From a virus, in the IMG/VR virus record IMGVR_UViG_3300008261_000042: DNA of 64,000 nucleotides; one strand, 5' to 3'. The notes under the pieces are model-generated. The model made no database searches. It was given only the letters and a program-made list of their open reading frames with translations, and was not told where the DNA came from. Both the position numbers and the translations under genes were made by a program. Each line of letters starts with the position of its first letter. Position 1 is the stretch's first letter. This document shows positions 9,042 through 16,966 of the stretch, in pieces.

Positions 9042-10165
9042 TAGTATGATGGTCCTGACTCTACGATTTCTTCTGCGAATATATTCTTCATCTCTTTAAA
9101 TGATACTGTTAGTTCAGTAGCTACTGGAGATCCGTCTTCATATGTGGCATACGATCCATCAGCAGTATAGTTTATACTTACATTATCTATAGCACATGTT
9201 TTATATTGACTCAAGTATGGATGCACAGAATTACCCTGCATAAAAGTAACTTGACAGATTTTTGGTACTGTAATTAGATTTGTTGCTGTTGTAGTTCCAA
9301 ATATTGCTTGTCCTCCAAATGAAGGAAGCATTGCTTTCTTAAATGTATTACAAATCTTTCTTATTTCTTGTGCTTCTCCAGTGGAAAATGGGACTAGCTT
9401 AAACTTTAAATTAAACGTTCTAATATTTGGACCATCATACATCATTTCAGTATTTGGATTCATGATAGTTCCAGAAATTCCACCTAAAGTTTGGTTGAGT
9501 GATATATTGGAGCCAGATAATTTGTTTGTTAATTCTTGGATACCTTTGAAAGCTCCAGTTTTTATTATATCATCTATACTGTTGACTGCAGTTTCTAAAT
9601 TTACAGATTGTCCTGCAGTTTTAAGCAATCCTGCAGCAAAGGATCCAAAATCAGCTCCTCCCCATTTTTGGCTATACACAGATTGAATATCTTCTGGCAT
9701 GTATAGTAAAATTGATGGCAAATCTGCTGGAGTTTTTGCTACAATAGATTGGTTATAATCTTTATATCCTGAGGTTGGATTTCCAGTAAATGCTCCTGCT
9801 ACCGTAGGAGGTTCTCCTTTTTCTGGGCTTCCAAAAGGTGGATTGTAATCATAGAATTCAAATATTACATAATCACTCTTGGAATCTATCTGTCTTTCTT
9901 TGGGATATCTCAATGCTTTTCCAGTAGCATCAGCAGATGCACTTACTTTTGGTGCTTTAATAACTACTCTTCCTTCGTTGGTTGGACTTACAGTTTGTCC
10001 TACCGTTCCATCTGCCGCTACATTGGTAGCCCCAACTCTTTCTCCATTAACTCCAGTTGCCAAGCCACCTGGAGTTGTTGCTGGAAGTCCTAATTCTCCT
10101 GGTCTAAATGACCCATTGGCTGGAGTACTTGCTCCTAAGCCCAATTCTCCTGGGTTATATGGCAT
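9041..10165 (-). CDS. gp48: Baseplate tail tube cap gp48
   Basis: LRYP, ILLYMP, NPNTEMMYDGP..RTFNLKFKL, V+INYT...YEDGSP. Confidence 0.85.
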   Translation of the reverse strand: MPYNPGELGLGASTPANGSFRPGELGLPATTPGGLATGVNGERVGATNVAADGTVGQTVSPTNEGRVVIKAPKVSASADATGKALRYPKERQIDSKSDYVIFEFYDYNPPFGSPEKGEPPTVAGAFTGNPTSGYKDYNQSIVAKTPADLPSILLYMPEDIQSVYSQKWGGADFGSFAAGLLKTAGQSVNLETAVNSIDDIIKTGAFKGIQELTNKLSGSNISLNQTLGGISGTIMNPNTEMMYDGPNIRTFNLKFKLVPFSTGEAQEIRKICNTFKKAMLPSFGGQAIFGTTTATNLITVPKICQVTFMQGNSVHPYLSQYKTCAIDNVSINYTADGSYATYEDGSPVATELTVSFKEMKNIFAEEIVESGPSY

Positions 10166-10168
10166 TAA

Positions 10169-10990
10169 TTAAATCCTCTTGACTGCTGCTTTTAATCGTT
10201 TAGTTTTGGTATTGGTTTCTTCCCAAACTAATTCATTATCATATGTGTTTTCTTTGCCATTCTTTAACTTCAATACAAAGTCATCAACTGGTAGCATAGC
10301 AGCGGATTCCCACTCATATGTCGCAAGATCAAGGAACAAACCTTTGCACTCTCTAATGAGATATTTATGTAGTATATGTAAAGGAACGTCAATACGACCT
10401 TTTTCTAGTTTACTAATTGCTATTGCTCTACGTTTGTAATCAAGATAGTGGAAGTTGATACCATAGAAATGATCCGATGCTCTTTTTAAAACATAGACCA
10501 TGGGTAATCTATCATAGTATGGTATATTAGATATTGCATGGTAAGTAAAGAAATACATGTGTCCAGGGAACACAGTTCTTCTTAGTTCATTTTCATCCTG
10601 GTTTACCATGTTTTGAACAGAATCCATCTTCTGTTCTATGGTCATTCTAGCTGGATATGATTTTACTTTTGTTGATAGCTTAGCAAGCTGTTGTCTATAC
10701 CATAAAAAAGTTTTTGATTCTCCATTTGTTTCTTCACGAATAAGTTCAAACAAAGTTTTCCTTGTTTTCTTTCCTGCTTGTTTGTAACCTTCGCTTTCAG
10801 TGATCTTTTCAATAACTTCCTCGGCAGTCATTTTGGAAGCATTTTTAATTTCATACTTCGCTGCTATACCACGCAGTTGATCCCTGGTATAATCTTGTAA
10901 AGAATCTAATTCGTGACCAGACAGGTGAGACCACCTATCAATATTGGTCTTGGCATAAGCTTTTGGCTTTAGGTTATTCTTCTTTGCCAT
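10169..10990 (-). CDS. gp2: DNA end protector gp2-like protein with N-terminal extension
   Basis: PGHMYFFTY, PYYDRLP, GINFHYL, HKYL motifs; synteny next to gp4. Confidence 0.8.
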   Translation of the reverse strand: MAKKNNLKPKAYAKTNIDRWSHLSGHELDSLQDYTRDQLRGIAAKYEIKNASKMTAEEVIEKITESEGYKQAGKKTRKTLFELIREETNGESKTFLWYRQQLAKLSTKVKSYPARMTIEQKMDSVQNMVNQDENELRRTVFPGHMYFFTYHAISNIPYYDRLPMVYVLKRASDHFYGINFHYLDYKRRAIAISKLEKGRIDVPLHILHKYLIRECKGLFLDLATYEWESAAMLPVDDFVLKLKNGKENTYDNELVWEETNTKTKRLKAAVKRI

Positions 10991-11427
10991 TATACTTTAA
11001 GGTGGTCCTCTGTTAGAATTAGAAATTTCATTTGACGATCCTCACAGAACTCTCTTGCTGCATTCCACTTTGCTTGATTCTTAATGAATGTATTGACTTC
11101 TCTTTTCCAAGCAGCGGTTTTTCTTTTGGGTGTTCTGTTTGGACCTTCAACTTGTTTCTTTGGTTTGATTTCTATGATATACTTTTGGGTTAGATCATCT
11201 TTATTTTTTACTTTGATATAAAAATCTGGAAAGTATCTATGTGCTCTTCCATCCGTGGGACAACGATAAGGAACAATCACTTCTTCACTCCCCCACTCTA
11301 CAATACTGGGAGTATTATCACAGAAGATCATGAACTTTTTCTCCCACATAGAACGATAGATAATCCGAGTGGGGTTACCCCTATACTTTTCAGGGTGAGT
11401 TGGTTTGTAGATCCCAGAATATGCCAT
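10990..11427 (-). CDS. gp4: Head completion nuclease gp4
   Basis: MAYSGIYKP...YRSMWE...WGSEE...HRYFPDF...EIKP...NQAKW. Confidence 0.93.
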   Translation of the reverse strand: MAYSGIYKPTHPEKYRGNPTRIIYRSMWEKKFMIFCDNTPSIVEWGSEEVIVPYRCPTDGRAHRYFPDFYIKVKNKDDLTQKYIIEIKPKKQVEGPNRTPKRKTAAWKREVNTFIKNQAKWNAAREFCEDRQMKFLILTEDHLKV

Positions 11428-11457
11428 AAATATATTATACCCAACACTAATATTTAG
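11426..11457. promoter_or_regulatory. Face-to-face late promoters for the divergent gp4 and tube-initiator operons
   Basis: ATAAATA on + (11426-11432) and CTAAATA on - (11457-11451). Confidence 0.7.
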
Positions 11458-11458
11458 A

Positions 11459-12151
11459 GTGGCAGGATCAATCAGCAACTTTATGGCAGCCATCAGTGCA
11501 AATGGTGGCATGTCCATGACCAATGGTTATGATGTGCAATTTGATTTGTCAAAAAATAGTAAATTGTCTAGTATTTTAAAAGACATTGGAATTGATATAA
11601 ATTCTGCTAACGATAGTGGAAAACCAGGATCATTGGTTAATATGTTTTGTGATGAAGCACAACTTCCTGGTATGCAATTTGCTACTGGGCAAATCAATGG
11701 TAGATATCTCGGCAGAGGTAATTTAAATTATGCTCATACTAGATTGATTACTGACTTTAGTTTGACATGGATGTGTGATGCTAACATGGCACCATATAAA
11801 TTCTTGCTTGCTTGGTATAATTTTATGCAAGGAACTACATTATTTAAAGATAGTTCTGATAGGCTAAAGAATTTTAAATCAAATACAATACCTGTAGCTC
11901 AAAATTTGAGCATGAGAATGCAGTATCCTAATGAATATCAAGCAACATTACGTATAGCAAAGACAGAAAAAGGTGCTAATGCGCCAAACTCAAGAACACC
12001 ATTAGTACATTTGATGACGGGAGTTTATCCATATAGTATTGATGCTGTGCCACTATCATATGGAACATCACAGATTACCAGGGTAAGTGCAAGTTTTTAT
12101 TATGATCAGATGAGGACTACTGTAGCAGACATTCGTAAGTATAAGGGATAA
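11459..12151 (+). CDS. Tail tube initiator-like protein (gp54/gp19 family)
   Basis: GGMSMTNGYDV, CDEAQLPG, YPYSIDAVPLSYG; synteny between gp4 and gp26. Confidence 0.75.
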   Translation: MAGSISNFMAAISANGGMSMTNGYDVQFDLSKNSKLSSILKDIGIDINSANDSGKPGSLVNMFCDEAQLPGMQFATGQINGRYLGRGNLNYAHTRLITDFSLTWMCDANMAPYKFLLAWYNFMQGTTLFKDSSDRLKNFKSNTIPVAQNLSMRMQYPNEYQATLRIAKTEKGANAPNSRTPLVHLMTGVYPYSIDAVPLSYGTSQITRVSASFYYDQMRTTVADIRKYKG

Positions 12152-12178
12152 ATAATATTACGAATTGATTTAGTTTAA

Positions 12179-12892
12179 ATGGCATTACCTAAGGTTGGTT
12201 ATCCAACATACGAATTGGAGTTACCCTCAAATGGGAAGACAATTAAATATAGACCTTTTATTGTAAAAGAAGAAAAGGTATTACTACTTGCTTTGGAATC
12301 TGAGGATGAGAAAGAAGTAAAGCAAGCGGTAAAAGATTTGATTAAGAACTGTGTTCTTACAAGAATTAAAGTAGAAGAACTTCCTTCCTTTGATCTTGAG
12401 TATATTTTCATGAAGATTCGTGCTGCTGCCGTGGGTGAAGTTATTACAATGAATGTAACTTGTAGAGATGATGGCAAGACGCAGGTAGAAAAAAAGATTA
12501 ATATTAATGACATTGAAGTATTCAAACCAGAAGGTCATACCAATAAGATCATGCTGACTAATACTATGGGTATCATGATGAAGTATCCAAGCATGGATAG
12601 ATTTATTGAAACAGAATTCCTTGATAAGTCGGTGAAGACTGAAGAAGTATTTGAATTTATTGCTGAATCTATTGATCAAATCTTTGATGTAGAAGAGGTG
12701 TGGGATTCTTCTACTACATCCAAAAAAGAAATGGTTGAATGGGTAGAAACTCTTACTGCTAAACAGTTTGAAGAGATTCAAAAATTTTATGAGACTATGC
12801 CTAAACTACAGCATAAGTTTACCGTGAAGAATCCTAATACTGGAGAGGAATCTGATTATGTTATCGAGGGTCTGCAGAATTTTTTCGCATAG
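12179..12892 (+). CDS. gp26: Baseplate hub assembly protein gp26
   Basis: MALPK..PTYEL, YRPFIVKEEKVLL, FDLEYIF...R...VGE, MPKL, GLQNFF. Confidence 0.92.
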   Translation: MALPKVGYPTYELELPSNGKTIKYRPFIVKEEKVLLLALESEDEKEVKQAVKDLIKNCVLTRIKVEELPSFDLEYIFMKIRAAAVGEVITMNVTCRDDGKTQVEKKININDIEVFKPEGHTNKIMLTNTMGIMMKYPSMDRFIETEFLDKSVKTEEVFEFIAESIDQIFDVEEVWDSSTTSKKEMVEWVETLTAKQFEEIQKFYETMPKLQHKFTVKNPNTGEESDYVIEGLQNFFA

Positions 12893-13071
12893 CACTCTTC
12901 CAAGAAAGTTTGGAAGGGTATTATAAAACTAACTTTGCTTTGATGCAGTATCATAAATACTCTTTGACTGAGATTGAAAACCTCATACCATGGGAGAGGG
13001 ATGTTTACATTGCATTGTTGAAACAACATATTAAAGAAGAGAAAGCAAAGCAAGAAGCAGCTAATCAATGA
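12880..13071 (+). CDS. gp51: gp51-like hub assembly catalyst (no good start; probably the -1 frameshift extension of gp26)
   Basis: -1 frame reads ...QESLEGYYKTNFALMQYHKYSLTEIENLIPWERDVYIALLKQHIKEE; TTG at 12910, first ATG only at 12943. Confidence 0.8.
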   Translation, partial: FFRIALFQESLEGYYKTNFALMQYHKYSLTEIENLIPWERDVYIALLKQHIKEEKAKQEAANQ

Positions 13072-16000
13072 TACCACCAAAGGCTATAAAGAAAGTTAAG
13101 AATGAGATCCATCTAGAAATTGCTGCTGGATCTCTCATAGCCTATGGTGTATTCCCACAAACAAGTGAAGGAATACAGAAAGCAAAAGAAACTGCTGCTA
13201 GTAAAGATACATGGTTAGCACCATCAGATCTTCCTGAATATTATGATACTATTGAAAATGATTTAATAATCGGAAAAGAAACGGAAGGCATTCGTGCTAT
13301 TCGTAGACACCTAAAAGAATTTTATGATATCTCTTCTGCTGGTGCTGAAGTTGCGGTTGATACTAGAGTATCGGCTCCAGCACCAGCAGAAAAGAAAAAC
13401 AATAGACCAGCAACTCCTGCTGGTATACAAATACATTGGTTTTCGCTTAATCAAGTTGGACCAAGTGTTTGGGAAACGTTAAAAGCACAACTTACTGGGA
13501 AAGGTTATTTTTCTGAGGTAGATTTATCAGAAAAAGATGCTGATAAATTGATCGCTAATATTAAGAAGAGTGGAGAGTTTCCCTCACTTGAAGATCAATC
13601 GGGAATACACAACGAAGTATATCAAAACTGGTTAGTAGATACATATCTACCTGAATATAGAACAAAGAAAATTTATGAACAACCAGAAAAAATAGTAGTA
13701 AATGATAAACCAAAAGAAGAAAAAGAAGTAGCAGTCAAAAAGAATGTAAACCACCCAAAATTACCTTTACATTTACAAAAAGTTCATACCCATTATCTTT
13801 GGGGAAACAGAGGAAAATATAGTGTATATTTTGAATCTGATATTGATAAAGCCATTTATCATTCTCTTGTTAAATCAACAGATAAAGAAGGTTACTATAG
13901 TAAAACCACTCAACAAAAAACAATAGATTTTAGAACGTGGTTATTTGAAGCTACTGGCTTATCGATACATGATATGAAAGATTATGATATAATTAAATCT
14001 TATAAGAAAAAAATTCTTGAAACGATACGAGAAATACTAAACAATGATGATGTAGGTGAAATAGAAGTTCCTCCTGTTTATGATGGGTTTTATCAAGATC
14101 CAGAAGAGTATGAAGAAGAAGAAGAGGAAGATGAAGAAGATTATGATGAAATGGATGAAGAAGAGGATGATGAAGAAGAGGATGATGATCTTTATGGCAA
14201 CAGCTTAGATGATCTTCTTGGAAATGTAAGGGATGAAGAAGCGGAAGATCCAGAAGATCCAGAAGAACTTAAGGATCAGATTGAAGAGAAGAAAAAAGAG
14301 CTAGAAGATGCTGTAGAAGAAGAACAAAGTACAACTCGTCGTAAGACACTTGCTGAACGAATGCAGGAAGCATTTGAAGGTAAATTTGGAGAAGATTTTG
14401 AAGAAGATGAAGATGATGACGATTTTGAAGAAATAGATTATGAAGAAGATGATGGCATGGGATCGGAGGAAACTATCCCAGATGAAGTATTAGATGATTC
14501 TATTGATCCAACAACACTAGAAGAAGTACTCAACAAAAAAAGAAAGAAAACAGGAACTAAAGAAAGAAAATCTTACTACGTTTCTAATACTAAACTACTG
14601 CAAGGCATTACCAAAAGTTTAGCAGCAGTTACTGGACAGCTTGAGCAAGTAAATCAATCTTTGCTTGAGCAGAATGATTTAATTAGAACAAATATTGAAA
14701 TAAGTACAGCGTCACTTGAAGCATTACAAGCTCAGGACGATATCCTTACAAGAAAATTTGATGCTATTTTAAATGCTTTTCAGAAACAATATGAACAATC
14801 TGAAAAAGCAAAAGAAGATATTGATAGATTAAAAGCAGAGCAAAAATTAGAAGGACAGTATGATTCTGCTGGGATAGAAGTTCCTGAAGATTTAACTAAA
14901 GAAAAACCTGGCAAAAAAAGAACTAATAGAATACAACAATATTATAGACAAAAATTAGTACGTAATTTATACAGAAAACTTCCTAAGAGATTAAGATCAT
15001 TAAGAACTGCTGGAAGAAAAGTACAAAGAGTTCCTGGTAAAGCAGTTGGTAGAATTAGTAATGCAGCTGCTGGTAAAATCAATAGAATGCTTCCAGCAAA
15101 AGCAGCAAATTTTGGTAAGAATATAGCTTCAGCTAGATCTGCTGCTCAAGGAATGGGTGGAGTATCCAAAATAAAAGGTGTTGGTAGAAATGTTCCTGGA
15201 TTAAAACAGGCACTTGCTGTTTGGGAATATGGTGATAGAAAATCAGCAGGACAAAGTGATGTACAGGCAGCTGTAGGTGTCGGTGGTGGTCTTGCTGGTG
15301 CTGCTGCTGGTGCGGCGATAGGCACCATGCTGTTCCCTGGTGTAGGAACCTTAGCTGGTCTTCTAATTGGCGCTGCGTTCAGTGCTGCTGGTGGTTATGC
15401 TGGGGCTAAAATTGCTGATACAGTTACTGGAGCTGATAAAAAACAATATGAAATGGGCACAGAAGAAGCAAAACCAGGAACTGCTATTCTTCACGGCACA
15501 GAAATGCTGATTGATAAAGATAAAGCAGATCAATTCAATCCATTTAATTCAGCTGGAGGAATTTTAGTTTCTGCTGCATCCAAATTTATTAATGGTCTTG
15601 GTCCTGCTGGTGCTTCTATTGCTCCAATGTTTGAACAAAAAGCAGCACCGTTAATTAAATTATTTGGACTTCCATCAACGACAGCACAGACAAATGTTGG
15701 GGGTAGTTTCTCTTATCTTGGAGGAACATTTAATGGAATCAAAAATAAAAAGAAAAAGCAATCAATGAAAGATGGATTTGAGGGTATGTCCCGTGAAGAA
15801 ATAGAAGCATTGCAGGGAGATCCTGAGAGTTTTGCTGAAAAATTACTGAAGATGATAGATCCAGAAGACAAGTTTAAAAATTTCTTGGATAACTTAGCAA
15901 AGAAAATAAGAAATCCATTTGCTCCATTAGAAGATTATGATGGTACTGGTATTGAAGGAGATCTTAAAGGTAATATTGTAAATCCAATGGAACAAGGTGA

Positions 16001-16943
16001 ACTACAAGATTATCCTGGTGCTATGTTTGGTGCTCCTAGAGATGGTGGAAGGAGACATATGGGTAGAGACATAATTGGCCCTCCTGGAATGAAATTTGTT
16101 TCCTCATTGCCAGGAAAGGTTACTCAAGTATTTGAAGTTGCTGATATTCCAGGGGGAGGAATTAGTTATGGAATTACAGTTGAACATGCTAATAATATTA
16201 AGACAAAATATTTACATGTTACTCCATCAGTTAAAGTTGGAGATCAAGTTAAAGCAGGACAAAAACTTGGTGTAATTACTAAGACGGATAACATTAGTAG
16301 TGCTCCTCACTTACACTTTGAAATGATTGTCAATGGAAAACATATTGATCCAGATAAAGCTGGTAGCAGTATTCTGAAAAAAGCACTTAAAATGGCTGAC
16401 ATACAAGCTGGTAAAATACCTGGATTATCATTAGATCCGAATGGATCTACTCCACTTGAAACATATGCAGGAACTCCAACTAGTGGTCAAGAAATCACAC
16501 AAAATTTTGGTATGAAAACTGGTCAAGAAAAAATGTTTACTTCTGGTGGTAAACAATATAAAGCACACAAAACAAAAAATGGATTTGAATTTTTTGATGG
16601 CATGATGCCAATACAAACAAGCGGTGGACAAAACAATGCATTAGTTAGAGATTTTATGGCATCTCAAGGAGTACAATTTGAAAAAGTTGATAATGATAAT
16701 CCAGCAGACATGTTTATGATGAAGAATAATATTACTCCTGATGTTCCTCCTGCTAAAAAGAATGAATTAATCAATGCATACGGCACAGATGAATCGAAAA
16801 TGTATATGGTAATTAATAATCAACAAATGCCGCCGCTACCACAAAATTATGGAGTTAGTTTTATACAATCAAATGGTAAGTGGATGACTGATAAAGAATA
16901 TGATGTAAGAACATTAGAAAAATTACGTCTATCCTTACAATAA
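13068..16943 (+). CDS. Large tail (tape-measure-like) protein with M23 peptidase domain
   Basis: Coiled-coil and GxxxG-rich segments; M23 motifs RRHMGRD, YLHV, VKVGDQVKAGQ, PHLHFE (~15980-16360). Confidence 0.8.
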   Translation: MIPPKAIKKVKNEIHLEIAAGSLIAYGVFPQTSEGIQKAKETAASKDTWLAPSDLPEYYDTIENDLIIGKETEGIRAIRRHLKEFYDISSAGAEVAVDTRVSAPAPAEKKNNRPATPAGIQIHWFSLNQVGPSVWETLKAQLTGKGYFSEVDLSEKDADKLIANIKKSGEFPSLEDQSGIHNEVYQNWLVDTYLPEYRTKKIYEQPEKIVVNDKPKEEKEVAVKKNVNHPKLPLHLQKVHTHYLWGNRGKYSVYFESDIDKAIYHSLVKSTDKEGYYSKTTQQKTIDFRTWLFEATGLSIHDMKDYDIIKSYKKKILETIREILNNDDVGEIEVPPVYDGFYQDPEEYEEEEEEDEEDYDEMDEEEDDEEEDDDLYGNSLDDLLGNVRDEEAEDPEDPEELKDQIEEKKKELEDAVEEEQSTTRRKTLAERMQEAFEGKFGEDFEEDEDDDDFEEIDYEEDDGMGSEETIPDEVLDDSIDPTTLEEVLNKKRKKTGTKERKSYYVSNTKLLQGITKSLAAVTGQLEQVNQSLLEQNDLIRTNIEISTASLEALQAQDDILTRKFDAILNAFQKQYEQSEKAKEDIDRLKAEQKLEGQYDSAGIEVPEDLTKEKPGKKRTNRIQQYYRQKLVRNLYRKLPKRLRSLRTAGRKVQRVPGKAVGRISNAAAGKINRMLPAKAANFGKNIASARSAAQGMGGVSKIKGVGRNVPGLKQALAVWEYGDRKSAGQSDVQAAVGVGGGLAGAAAGAAIGTMLFPGVGTLAGLLIGAAFSAAGGYAGAKIADTVTGADKKQYEMGTEEAKPGTAILHGTEMLIDKDKADQFNPFNSAGGILVSAASKFINGLGPAGASIAPMFEQKAAPLIKLFGLPSTTAQTNVGGSFSYLGGTFNGIKNKKKKQSMKDGFEGMSREEIEALQGDPESFAEKLLKMIDPEDKFKNFLDNLAKKIRNPFAPLEDYDGTGIEGDLKGNIVNPMEQGELQDYPGAMFGAPRDGGRRHMGRDIIGPPGMKFVSSLPGKVTQVFEVADIPGGGISYGITVEHANNIKTKYLHVTPSVKVGDQVKAGQKLGVITKTDNISSAPHLHFEMIVNGKHIDPDKAGSSILKKALKMADIQAGKIPGLSLDPNGSTPLETYAGTPTSGQEITQNFGMKTGQEKMFTSGGKQYKAHKTKNGFEFFDGMMPIQTSGGQNNALVRDFMASQGVQFEKVDNDNPADMFMMKNNITPDVPPAKKNELINAYGTDESKMYMVINNQQMPPLPQNYGVSFIQSNGKWMTDKEYDVRTLEKLRLSLQ

Positions 16944-16966
16944 ATATCAGTAGGAAGGTATAACAA

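Noticed and set aside
11428-11523. N-terminal extension of gp4 in the ORF track
   Set aside because: Overlaps the divergent gene; the conserved MAYSG start is at 11427.
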